The position numbers and the translations under genes were made by a program. Source: Eledone cirrhosa (lineage: Eukaryota). Taken from it: DNA of 64,000 bases. Below, one piece after another: positions 14,959 through 28,218 of the stretch. Where the stretch lies: NCBI GenBank assembly GCA_964016885.1, contig OZ024753.1:31496001-31560000 (forward strand), given 5' to 3'. The notes beneath the pieces are model-generated. The model saw only the letters and a program-made list of their open reading frames with translations, was not told the DNA's origin and did not search any database. Numbering within the stretch: position 1 is the stretch's first letter; each line of letters starts with the position of its first letter.

Positions 14959-15126
14959 AAAATGTATGACCCCGACAGCAGAGCTCAAGCCGTTTCGACG
15001 GCTATCCAGAAATAGCCGTCGAAACGGCTTGAGACCTGCCGTCGGGATCATACATTTTCCTATTACCCACTCTACTACCCTAAGTGCGTTATGGTCCACC
15101 TGGTTCTTTACCACACTTCCTTCGTT
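14954..15126 (+). mobile_element. Short (TA)n-inserted family G with inverted 5' end; other copies at ~9353-9450, 13673-13810, 18894-18985, 54551-54715
   Basis: Shared gaaacggcttgagctcagccgtcggggtc...cctattacccactctactaccctaag...ggttccttaccacatttccttcgtta. Each copy has a different inversion breakpoint. Confidence 0.75.
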
Positions 15127-15256
15127 ATATATATATATAGAGAGAGAGAGACAGATAAAAAATAACGATTAAAAAAAAAGCGCCTAGTATGATTGTATAT
15201 ATTATATATACATACTACAAGTATAGTATACAAGAAAAACATTCACATAGAAAAAT

Positions 15257-15455
15257 AATGAATGCGATCTAGAAGCTAACACAGTGAAGAGTATTTAGCA
15301 AATAGCTAACCCAATGTACCAGACTATTTGCGTAATGACAGACTACCCAACTGAGTATCCAAACTGCAGACTACCAATGCTAGACACAGAACTGTTGCTG
15401 GAAACTAAGAATCCCGAAGCCCAAATCCGCCTTTCGCATTATTTCAAACTCATAT
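15257..15455 (+). mobile_element. Decayed Penelope-like RT fragment
   Basis: EANTVKSI*QIANPMYQTICVMTDYPTEYPNCRLPMLDTELLL...IRLSHYFK resembles the PLE RT motif 6-7 region (IAN.I...I..T.D.P......hPhLD). One in-frame stop. Confidence 0.5.
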
Positions 15456-16013
15456 CTTGAAAGTGGATCATAACTTTTCATAACTATTTGTAGAATTAAA
15501 AATATTCATATCAGATCATCGGCAAAACCAGAACATATATCACCATACGAAAGTAAATCCAGTGTTGCGTGCTCGTTTAAAATAACGTGAGAGCCAGAAA
15601 CACTTACATATATATGATTTGGTGAGGATGAGTATTTATGACATGCATGACATAAACAGATATATCAACGAAAATTAAACTGAAGCATAAAATCCTAATA
15701 CAAAATATAAGAAGTACTTAAAAATAGAAAAAAAAAGAAGTTTGTGAATCTTTGACAGTTGTAAACGTTATGCGTTCAGCAACGTCAGATAATGAGTGAA
15801 ATATGATGGGGAATATATCCAATGATAACTATCAGTACTATTATATAGAAATATAATAGATGTGAGGTTATAGTGTAAAGAAAGCTTGTGATAGATAAGT
15901 CTTGAACCATGCAATCGAGTGAATCTCTGCCTACATTTTAGCATTTGCCTCTGAAAATATCGGAATTTTGTAAAACTTATAATGCTTATAAAATTGTTAA
16001 AGATTTTCATTAT

Positions 16014-16204
16014 GACGGTGAATTGACAGTATCGGTAGAGGGTCGGACACCATGCTTTGACGCATAGAGCTACTGCCCTTGCCATTCTGAGTTCAAATCC
16101 CGCCGAGGTTATCTTTGCCTTTCATCCTTACGGGGTCGATAAAATAAAGTACCAGTAATGTACTGGGTATTTGCTGACCTTGTGCCAAAAAGTAGAAAGA
16201 ATTA
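16014..16204 (+). mobile_element. SINE family 1
   Basis: Full consensus match. Confidence 0.88.
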
Positions 16205-16470
16205 TGACAATTTCACAATTACAAGTAATCGGCAACATTTTGTCCAATTTTAATGTTCTCTTCATAACTCAAGTATATTCCACTCTATAATAACCTGCAT
16301 GATCTCTTAAATTCCAAATGTAATTGGAAAATGTTCTTTTATTCTTGTTACACTTTATTTATATCTGAAACAATATCTTTCATTCTTCCTTCCTTTCTTT
16401 CTCTCTCTCTTCCCCCTCTCTCTCTCTGTATCTCTCTCTCTCTACATAAATAAATGTATACACACACATG

Positions 16471-16508
<38 letters not shown>

Positions 16509-16633
16509 AAAAACTGGCTTTGACAATCGCCACCGACGAATGCGAGAAAGTTAACCCGGAATCTTCCCACCGGAATTAACAAAGTACTTACTAGATCTAC
16601 CAACTCATAATATTATAATATTCTAAAATTAAA

Positions 16634-16722
16634 TCAAATTCTTTAGAACTACAAGTGAAGTCATTCTTTTGCTTTTTTTCAAATATACCTGACTGTACCA
16701 AGGATCTCACACATTTTTCCAA

Positions 16723-16767
<45 letters not shown>

Positions 16768-16851
16768 AAAATGTGTGAGATCCTTGGTACAGTTAGGTAT
16801 ATTTGAAAAAAAGGAAAAGAATGACTTCACTTGTAGTTCTAAACAATTTGA
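16634..16851. repeat. ~90-bp inverted repeat with a (TA)n spacer
   Basis: tcaaattctttagaac...cacatttttccaata / tattggaaaaatgtg...gttctaaacaatttga. Confidence 0.8.
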
Positions 16852-17371
16852 ATATATAAACGTATATGTATATAAACGTATATATATGTATATAAACGTA
16901 TATATATGTATATAAACGTATATATATATATATATAAACGTATATATATGTATATAAACGTATATATATATATATAAACGTATATATATATGTATATATA
17001 AACGTATATATATATGTATATATAAACGTATATATATATATGTATATAAAACGTGTATATATATATATATATAAAGTTATGAAACTAAAGGAGCTGTGTG
17101 GTTACTAAAAACAAGATTTAGGATGGTGGTTAGGATGGAATAGGAGGAGAAAGGAAGAAAGGAGTTTCCATCGTCAGCTGTAAATGTACCCCGAACCGAT
17201 GTTTCGGCGCTGAATTACAGGACATCTGTGTAGTTGGGGTGCGCTCGAGGCCTTTTATTGATCAAAAGGGCAGGTGGAAAAGCAGAGAGAAAAAAAGGAG
17301 AGAAAAGGAAAGAGAGGGAAAGGAGGAATAGCAGGAGGGGGGGATGAAGAGAGAGGAAGAAGGGGAAAAAA

Positions 17372-17407
<36 letters not shown>

Positions 17408-17647
17408 TCTCCCATCGATTTCAATGTTTGAGAGTCCAACAGCTGGGTTTTGTTCTTTTATGAGACTTTAATTCGGTTAATGATTTGGCGATTCGATGAC
17501 AGATTGGAAATTAGAGAAGACCTTTATACAGAGTGGCCGACATGTTAGATCAAATCTTCGCCTTTGCTCTCGCCTTTTAAAACAATCCAAACCTTTGAGC
17601 TTGTCCTTGTATCTGTGTTATGGTATTCTCACATTATAGTTTAATTG

Positions 17648-17762
17648 GTTCAAATCCCACCGAGGTTAACTTTGCCTTTCATCCTTACGGGGTCGATGAA
17701 ATAAAGTACCAGAAATACACTGATATAATTGCTGGCCTTGTGCCAAAAGTAGAAACAATTAT
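17648..17762 (+). mobile_element. SINE family 1, 5'-truncated
   Basis: Begins at the B box. ttatagtttaattgg occurs on both flanks (possible target-site duplication). Confidence 0.85.
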
Positions 17763-18266
17763 AGTTTAATTGGATATAAGTTGATGTTAAATATGAATAA
17801 GTCAGAATAAAATTCTAGATACTGAGTTTCTAAATATAACATGTTTGAGAAAAGTTGGATTGTCAGAACGGAAATGACTTAGTTCAAGCGTTAGCTTGAT
17901 ATCAGGCGACGGCTTGAGATAAACAACTGTATCAAAGATATACTGATCAGTGTACACTCTATCTGAATACAATGCGTGATAGTCATGTTTGAAAATCTCA
18001 TCATAAGCCTCTTCTACAAAACTGAGATTACTCTAAACAACAACAGCAATAATAAGGAAAAAACACATTACATGATGGAAAACTAAGATAATATGTCTAA
18101 ATATAGAACGTCATTTTTCATAAGTTGGTCTGACAATATGGTGTGTAAGCATCAACAAAAATAAGAAATAGTTATAGATCCTAATATTATACATTGTCTG
18201 GTATCTACATTCAACTGTTTATATAAATACATTCCTAAGTTTTATATCGAATAACAATAATAATCG

Positions 18267-18455
18267 ATTCGTTTGCAAGTAAACAGTCTCATTACACTAT
18301 GTTTTTAGATGACCATCGCCGTCCTTTTTTTCTAGTGGTCACAGAGAGAAACAATGATGGTTTCTCTCTGTCATGGCTAGTAAAAAAAAAAAAGAATGGT
18401 GATGGTCTTCTAGAAAGAGACATAGCGTAATGAGGCTGTTTACTTGCACACGAAT
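18267..18455. repeat. Imperfect ~190-bp foldback (MITE-like or old palindrome)
   Basis: attcgtttgcaagtaaacagtctcattacactatg...cagagagaaac / gtttctctctg...catagcgtaatgaggctgtttacttgcacacgaat. Confidence 0.7.
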
Positions 18456-18836
18456 AAGTCTGAATTAATAATCTAATGTCAACAGAGATGGTATATAAGC
18501 CTGTGTTTGTGTGTCGATGTGGGGGTGAGTGTATGCGTGTGTATATGTTTATTGAGAGAAATATAAATAGGGATTTTTTAATGTTTTCTCAATTTTGTGG
18601 CTTAAATAATACTAAATTAAAGGCAAACCACATTTACTAGCAAAGCTAAATTTTTTGTTGATACGATGTATATAGGAAGAAACGCACACAGAAACACATA
18701 CCAGTTTGACTCAGACATATCAAAGATATAAATGCATACACTAATATATAAATGCATACACTAACATATATTTGTTATATCAAAGATATAAATGCATACA
18801 CTAACATATATTTGTACAAATATTCATATGAATGTG

Positions 18837-18897
<61 letters not shown>

Positions 18898-19107
18898 AAT
18901 GAGTAGGACCCCGACGGCTGAGCTCAAGCCGTTTCGACGGCTAATTCTGTCGAAACGGCTTGAGCTTACCACATTTCCTTCGTTATATATATATTGGTAT
19001 ACATACATATGATTATATATATATATTGGTATACATATATATGATTATATATATATATAATCATATATATGTATACCAATATGTGCATATGTATATATTT
19101 TTTTTTA

Positions 19108-19307
19108 CTAAAGAAATTAACAAAATTATTTAGCCTGATAGTGGGGTTAAGAACCCTCGTGATGTGTTGGTGTAAATGGTAGCACAGTGGTCCGGATAAC
19201 CAAAGATGTGTGTTCGACTCCCATGTACGTCAATACTCCCCTTTTTCCATTTCTCCGAGGGTTCTTAACCCCACTATCAGGCTAAATAATTTCTTTAATT
19301 TCTTTAG
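19108..19307 (+). mobile_element. tRNA-like sequence (19161-19232) enclosed by 52-bp inverted repeats
   Basis: IRs at 19108-19159 / 19256-19307. The inner sequence has A box tggtgtaaatgg, B box gttcgactcc, a weak acceptor stem and a T5 run at 19242-19246. Confidence 0.6.
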
Positions 19308-19380
19308 ACAAAATACGGCGATAACTTACATTTCTAATAATTTCAAACCCACTCGCTGTTTCGAAAATATTCTTACTTGA

Positions 19381-19421
<41 letters not shown>

Positions 19422-19423
19422 CA

Positions 19424-20028
19424 TGAGAAGAAAGAAGAATACCGCGTGGTTGCACATGGGTTACATATGATAAAAATAGTCCTTCGTCAGTGATTTTCCA
19501 ACCATCATTGGTATTTCATCGCATTAAAAATCATATACCTCAGGTTGGTGCGAGCAATAACTAAGAAAAGTTATTGGGACCAGTAAATCGCGTAAAGCGA
19601 GGGGGACAAGTAAACAACATAGAAGGATAAAAGCAAACCAAAGATAGGAAAAAAACAAGCAACATGGTTGTCCGGTCAGCATAAGCTGGGTGGATTTCAT
19701 GAGCGAAAGGTATAGACCGTCCGACGTAAGTGAGATGTAAGCAAGAAGAGACCCACTGTAAGCCAAACGGAAGGAAGTGAGAAGGGAAGTAACAGAGTGA
19801 GTGAGTAGAAGTGCGAGGAAGCGGTCAGTCGAGAGAAAGTGTAACTGACAGAGGGGGCGAAAGAATGTGAGAGCAACAGAGAGAACGGAGAAGCAGTGAG
19901 AAGAAAGAATACTGCGTGGTTGCATATGGGTTACATATGATAAAAATAGTCCTTCGTCAGTGATTTTCCAACCATCATTGGTATTTCATCGCATTAAAAA
20001 TCATATACCTCAGGTTGGTGCGAGCAAT
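19424..20028. mobile_element. ~600-bp element with ~130-bp direct terminal repeats, between (TA)n tracts
   Basis: 19424-19558 and 19897-20028 are near-identical. The non-coding interior is purine-skewed. Confidence 0.65.
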
Positions 20029-20142
20029 CGATATACATATATATGATTATATATATATGTATGTGTATATATATACATGGGTATATATATATATGTATTT
20101 GTATATGTATGTGTATATATACATGGGTATATATATATATAA

Positions 20143-20173
<31 letters not shown>

Positions 20174-20632
20174 ATATTGATATATCTATATATAGTTATA
20201 TATATATGTATGTGTGTGTAATATATATATATATGTAAACACACGGACACACGTGCTCATACACAGACAGGTACATATATTTCCACGAATAAACATTCCC
20301 ACAAATCTAGCCACGAATAATTAATGGACCGAGATAGTAATAAAAAACACGATATCGTTTGAAATATTTTTGGCTGAGAATCCCTTGAAATAAACATATA
20401 TATATATATCCTTTCCTCTTACATTGTTCTAAAGATTTAGTTTTTATGGTTATGGCACTTATATTCCTCTCAATGTCATTCCATTATCGATGACAAACTA
20501 AACTACAATGACGCTGAAATCTATACTCTTATGTATATATGTAAGTGTGTATGAACATATATTTATATATATATATAAATTAATAAAAACAATGAATAAA
20601 AAAAAGAACAAGTTCCTTATGTTAAAAAATTC

Positions 20633-20764
20633 ATCATTTTACGATCGTTTCTAGGATATATATGTGTGTTGGTATGTATATCATATAGATCTATGTAAAA
20701 ATATTACAAACTATCAGAGGAAATATACATACCTTCACATATATATGCTGTCTTCAGAAATAAT
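20633..20764 (-). ncRNA. Type I hammerhead ribozyme, family D second copy
   Basis: AUUAUUU-CUGAAGA-[99-nt hairpin region]-GAA-ACGAUCGU-A-AAAUGAU. Confidence 0.72.
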
Positions 20765-22135
<1,371 letters not shown>

Positions 22136-24217
22136 TATTTGGTAAACACAGATCTGTGCTGATAGTACTGCGGTAGTCCGTCTCCGATTACCGGAATCGG
22201 CCCGTCTCCGATTACCGGAATCGGCGTCTCACTGGGCTGTGAACTAACTCTGTAGGTGTTTTGCCTCCTTCTACATTGACAACTGATGTACTCGGTGCCA
22301 CCCAAAGAGCCTGAAACTGGACTGAAGACGAAGCCATGTTGTTATGGATGAAACTTTTTAACCTGACACACTTGCTTTTACACACAACCAGAGGAGTTAC
22401 TAGGGTATGGCATGCATGGCACAAGCAATGGACGCCAGATGGATCAGATGTACGTTCTATTAAAGTCTGATCAATTATCGTCAGAGAGTGAAAAAAGAGA
22501 CTTTTTTCGGATGCATGACCTATCTTTGATTATCATGTTTATGAAGCACTATTCTGGCTGGAATAGTAAACCATTTATATAATTCATTAGGCCCATAGGT
22601 TATCTGAAAGATGGGTATCAAATATTTGATCCGCGGCCTAATTTCATTGCCTGCCATAGGCGCTATTTTCCCTAGTTACTTGTGGGGCGCAGGTAATCTG
22701 AAATAAACGTAAATGCAAGTAAATAAGGGACCTTCGATATATTATGTGATATGTGCGACAGTTGTTTTATCGACGGAATTTCCTATTCATGAAATTAACG
22801 AGCACCTGGCTGAGTTTTCCGAGACAGATGTGTGCTGATTCTTTACGAGATTCAGCGTGCTCAAGGCTATATTTTGGAAAGATAGATAGAAATCTATTCC
22901 ATAGGCATTCAACCAGTTTTTTCTCTTCCCACGAGGCCTCAGTAAACGGCACGCAAATTGAGATCTTTCCCGAAACCTTATGAGTGCAAAGCAAATCTTT
23001 GAACTAGTTTACCATGCAGGCTTAGAGAATTTGAAATATTCCAAACATGAAAAGTTCCTTTATTCTTTTTTTCTTTTAATTGATCACAAATATAAGCGGA
23101 GCCTCTGCAGAGATGTTCGCCTGGCATGAATCGCTTCGTCCCTACATTTCTATAATATATCGAATTGAACACATAATCTGAAACTTCCTGTTCCATTACA
23201 AGAGAATATAACATCAAAATTATCTTTCACAACATCACGTAGCATGAAAGTAATATTTCCTCTAAAGTAATTTTAGGAAAAAGGAAAAGAAAAGCAAAAA
23301 AAAAAAATTAAGGATAGAACATATTAAAATATTATAAACTGACACTAACGAAAACTTGCTCAAATTATTGATGTTTTCGTTTTTGAATTCATATCTTCAT
23401 TGTAGAAATCTATATGATATACAAATAAATAAACAAATATACAGAACGTTATTTATCAGCTTATGATTTCCTGAAAAAGAACGTCTGATTGTTTGTTTAA
23501 AAATCAACCATAAAAATCATGATTTCAAAGTTTCAAAATACGATCTAATGGATTGATGTAAACAAAAGAAAAGAAAAGCAAACCATATTATTTGGTAGAA
23601 AAGCAGCAATATGAGTTTAGTGTGATCAAATATGTAGAATTATAATTGTTTATTGTATTTATTAAATAACCTTATATTAAAAATATACATTTATAATCTG
23701 ACGTTTTTTCTTTTCCTTTTTTTTTAAATGAAGGCTGATGTATTGTATACAGTTTTTCATTTATTCATATAACGGCTGTTTCATATTTTTAAAGTTCAGA
23801 ATCATATTAACTTTTAGCAGAATTTCTCTTCGTGTATATTTTTATCTTCTTTTTCATTTTAAAGCTACTCTTTCACATGGAATCGAAAATAGTAAGCTAC
23901 TAAATTGTAGAGAAATACGTTATGGAAATATATGTATTCAAAGAGAACTGACTTTTTAAAAATCATATGTTTATATATATATATAAAATTTCGTTTACAT
24001 GTATTTAGATTTTTATTATGTACCGACCTGTTACACGCGTTTTGCAAAAGATTGGTACCTGGGTCACCCATAGGAGTTATGGCCGCGACTTCATTATCGA
24101 TCTGCTCCCCAGACTGGTCATGCAACAAAAAATATAGTTTATATATATATATATATATATATAATCTAAAAATGGCTTCTACAGGACTAGAACTGTTCAT
24201 TCGGGAGTAATCATAAG

Positions 24218-24268
24218 GGCTTCCTGATGATTTCTCCCGAATGAAACAGTTCTAGTCCTGTAGAAGCC
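24218..24268 (+). ncRNA. Type I hammerhead ribozyme (family A), predicted cleavage after A24262 (GUA)
   Basis: GGCUUC-CUGAUGA-U UUC[UCCC]GAA U-GAA-ACAG[UUCUAGUC]CUGU-A-GAAGCC: 6-bp stem I, intact core, 4-bp stem III. Confidence 0.85.
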
Positions 24269-24519
24269 ATTTCTATATTAAATATTTCTGCTATGTACTG
24301 AGTACTTACTGACTGTGGTTAACCCAGGATAAACTTGTATGTATGTATGATTGAACCCAGGATAAACTTATATGTATGTATGTATAAAGGTTTGTGCGTG
24401 AGTGTGCGTGTTTTGTCTATTATTTACACTGTAAATTTCTGAGATATCTGGACTTCAGTTGAAATCCCAATGAATCATAGAATGGTTTCACCGCACCCTC
24501 TCATTATTATGTATTATTC

Positions 24520-24620
24520 AAGGTTAACTTTCCCTTTCACCCTTACGGGGTCGATAAAATAAAGTACCAGTAATGTACTGGGTAATTGATGGCCTTGTGC
24601 CAAAAGTAGAAACAATTATT
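24520..24620 (+). mobile_element. SINE family 1, 3' half
   Basis: Core and tail match the consensus. Confidence 0.85.
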
Positions 24621-24904
24621 TGCCTAAACGTTGAATTAAGCGTAGTAGTAGTAATAGTATGTTACAAGCGGTTCAAGCAAGCTATCAAACCTCTGAAGGG
24701 CATTGTTACATGTTTCCTAAAGGAAATATTAACCAAGCAATCTTTCCTCTGCATTGAAGCCTCAATTTAGCAGAATATCAGTAGAGTTATTCAATTCTAT
24801 TGTATTAGTTGCTGCGATAAACATCCCTGAAGACTTTTGATATTCAAATACCTTTCAATACAATTTGTCGTTTATAACACATACATACACACACATTCAT
24901 ACAT

Positions 24905-24967
<63 letters not shown>

Positions 24968-25204
24968 ACACATATATATATATATATAGTGTAATACACT
25001 ATTTTCATTGCAAGATGAGATAAGCTGGATGCCCTTTACAGTCACCTATACTTCAGGAGCGAAAAGCAAGTTGATGAATTAAGGATAGTTCAGGTAGCAG
25101 AACATTTACAATTCGTAGAGATGTACCAATATATAATAACATCCTATACTTTTCTTTATTAAAATCTAAATATCTATAAATTGTCGATTGAATTTTCATC
25201 AAAT

Positions 25205-25398
25205 CGGACCGAGTAAACAATGTTTCCGTTGGTCTTTCCAATTACTAATACTATCTATCGGTTGCAACTCCAGGTAGAATGAGCAACGTGAAAAAGTGTC
25301 TTGCCCAAGGTCATAACGCATCACCTGGTCCAGGAAACGAACTGACAACCTCACGAATGTGAATCCAGTTCTCTAACCAATCAGCCACACGCCTTCAT
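25205..25398 (-). mobile_element. tRNA-derived CORE-like SINE; related partial copy at ~2955-3065
   Basis: Minus strand gcgtgtggctgattggttag...gttcgtttcc...ccttgggcaagacactt. Both sites share aatgtttccgttggtctttccaatt. Confidence 0.65.
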
Positions 25399-25470
25399 AT
25401 ATAATATATAATATATAATATAATATATAATATATATATAATATATATATATAATATATATATATATAAT

Positions 25471-25503
<33 letters not shown>

Positions 25504-26136
25504 CTGCGTGTAAACACGCACACGCGCACACAAAACTAACTCGTACATCGAGTTTTGAGACGCTAGTGTATTAGAATCCGTAGGAAAATGTGAAAACTCG
25601 GCGTAAGGAAGGTGTTAAAACACCAAAATGGCGTCAAAGCGGCGTTGGGTAAAACATTAGCTCGAAGTGAGTTGGCGTATTTAAACGTCTGTTTATTACG
25701 TGAAGTGTGTATGGGTGGAGAGAGTTTTATTCAATAGCCTCCTTGTGTATATTTTGAGTGATTGCCATCAGAGATCAGCAAGTTTTAGAGAAAATAATCG
25801 GCTGTTTCCCAAATGTCTTCACCGTGTCTGATCGTTTTTTGTTGTTGTTTTTGCTTTGCTTATTTTCCATTGATCTTTTGTTACATACTTATATGTACAA
25901 CAGTGTGTTTAACAATGGTTTCGTCTAATTCACTCTTTTTTTTTACTTCGTCTGTGTGTGATTAGAGGAGTGTTTTATGTTTTCCTGCCTTGTGTAATTG
26001 TCCACGCGTTTGTTTAGGATTGAAGCACGCTCTTCATATGTCGTAGACTGTGCGCAATCATTGCTCTCTCTCTCTCTCCTGATTTTATCTTCCCTTCTCT
26101 CTGTCATTTACACTCTTTTCCTATATCTTACACACA

Positions 26137-26176
<40 letters not shown>

Positions 26177-27207
26177 TAACTGCTATATTTCTTTCTCTGC
26201 TTCATTTCTTCCATCCCGCCTCTGTCACTCACTAAACACTCATCACCTATCTCACGAGCTGTATCTTCTTCTTTCCTTCTTCTTCCTCTTTCCTTCTTCT
26301 CCTTCTTTCTTTCTTCTTCTTCTTCTTCTTCTTCTTTCCTTTTCTTCTTTCCTCTTTCCTTCTCCTTTGTCTTCTTTTTTCTTCTTTCCTTTTCTTTTCT
26401 TTTTTCTTCGTTTTTGTCTTCTTTCTTTCTTCTTCTTTCCTTTTTCTTCTTTCCTTTTTCTTCTTTCCTTTTTCATCTTTTCCTTTTTCTTCGTCTTTGT
26501 CTTCTTCTTTCAATTATAACTTTATAGGAGACTCTCTGAGAGATTAACTTGAAGAACTCTTAAACCTCTATGTCTGTCGATTTCTTTAGTGTCTAGAATT
26601 TAATTAATGCCACAGATTCTTGAAACCACTGACCCCTCTCACTTTCCATATTTAACAAGATTTTCTTGTTTCATGGAATATTAAAGTTCATAGAATCTGA
26701 ACTACCAAGCAATGACATCTGCTTGCGGCTGTTCAAGATTTGACCATTGTCATAGAAAATTTCGAAAGTTTCGATGAAAAGATTTCTAGTTAAAAATGTT
26801 TTACTTATTGGTGCAGGCACCACTATGTTGAAGTGGGTGGGGCTATTCCAACTTATGTGCCTCTGAATATTTTGGATAGGCGATCCGGCTGGGGTATATC
26901 TGTAGGTAATATTTTCTATAAATCAACTCCAGAAGTGTTCGTTGACGGAAAGTACACATACACAGATATACACATCTAAACACATACACACAGACACACA
27001 CACACATACACACACACAAAGACACACACACATACATATATATTTATAGTAGATATAAATAAACACAGTAAATTGTGTGTTTAAAATTACGAAGGCTGAA
27101 AGACCACCTTGGTATGACGAATACAATCTATGAAACAAACGGAAAATACAAGATAAAAAATGAATTAAAATGTACAAACCGTTTCAATAATATATTAATC
27201 TCCCCTC

Positions 27208-27249
<42 letters not shown>

Positions 27250-27687
27250 AACATTGAAGCTCCGACGTCTGGCAACTGACTTGGTAAACACCCACATAAT
27301 TATTAACCATCTTGCCAACAACAATTCTGAGTTCCCTTTTGATTTCCATGTGTCTAACACATGTGGGCATGCCAACAAAGTCAGAGAACAGCACAGCTCC
27401 CATTTTTTCACGATCAGAGTTGCTGAAGCATGGAACAAACTAGATGCATCAGCTATTAGCTGTCGAGACACTGCATCCTTTAACACCTCCATGCTTCTGA
27501 GATTCGCCAACACTACACTACACCTAATATTCCCCCTCCGTGCACACGCACTCATGTATATCATGACTCGTACACTATTCACTTCCCTGACATTTGTACA
27601 TTATTCTATTTACTATACATGCACCTTTGATGAGTTGTAGTGGACCTGAGCTCTGTACGCAATAATTTCATTATTATTATTATTATT
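27250..27687 (+). mobile_element. CR1-type LINE 3' end fragment
   Basis: LRRLATDLVNTHIII...TCGHANKV...FFTIRVAEAWNKL matches the CR1/L2 ORF2 C-terminus (RR...DL..., TRGH, FFS.RV...WN.L). It ends in a (TTA)n tail. Confidence 0.8.
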
Positions 27688-27936
27688 CACACACATGAAT
27701 ACTATATATGGCGAGATTAATTGTAGAGTTGGATTATTTTAGATGACTCTACTAGAAATGTGCCAATAGCTAACTTTGTATAAGTTATTCTATATATGTT
27801 TACATAATTTCTCTAAGTGATATCTTTAGGTATCATTCCTTGAGATTTTCTGTATATCAGTGACAACTAATTTTCTGTTGATACATGCATCAATGCTTAT
27901 ACATATGTGAGAAAAACCACAGACCCTCCATCTCAA

Positions 27937-27980
27937 TTCTACTTTTGAAAAGCAGAAGAACTGCGAAACCGGTAAAGGAA
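27937..27980 (+). ncRNA. Hammerhead-like motif with U3:A8 core variant (family C)
   Basis: CUU-UUGAAAA-GCAG[AAGAA]CUGC-GAA-ACCGGU-A-AAG: palindromic stem III and GUA site. Stem I is only 3 bp plus a bulged extension. Confidence 0.6.
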
Positions 27981-28048
27981 CCAAATAAATATATATATAT
28001 TTTTTTTAAATAAGACTCCACTTGCATTTCCGATTCCATCTTTTTTTT

Positions 28049-28096
<48 letters not shown>

Positions 28097-28178
28097 CCGT
28101 ATCGCATTCTACCCTATAATATATATATAACCGTATCACATTCTACCCCATAATATATATATATAATGTGCGTCTATT

Positions 28179-28218
<40 letters not shown>

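Noticed and set aside
17185-17242. Minus-strand hammerhead-like remnant (cccc...CCGAAACATCGGTT-cgggg)
   Set aside because: No recognisable CUGANGA core. It may be a decayed PLE end but cannot be supported.
19161-19232. Functional tRNA gene
   Set aside because: The acceptor and T stems have several mismatches or G-U pairs and the anticodon loop is atypical; treated as tRNA-derived instead.
22177-22226. Tandemly duplicated 24-bp hairpin ccgtctccgattaccggaatcggc
   Set aside because: Only two copies and no identifiable family; probably a local duplication at an old element edge.
22753-23217. Non-repetitive short ORFs (75-79 aa)
   Set aside because: No recognisable motifs or splice-site pairs. 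Possibly old transposon debris, but not assignable.
27110-27190. atgacga-ata/tat-gaaac motif
   Set aside because: C3 is missing and there is no convincing stem I.
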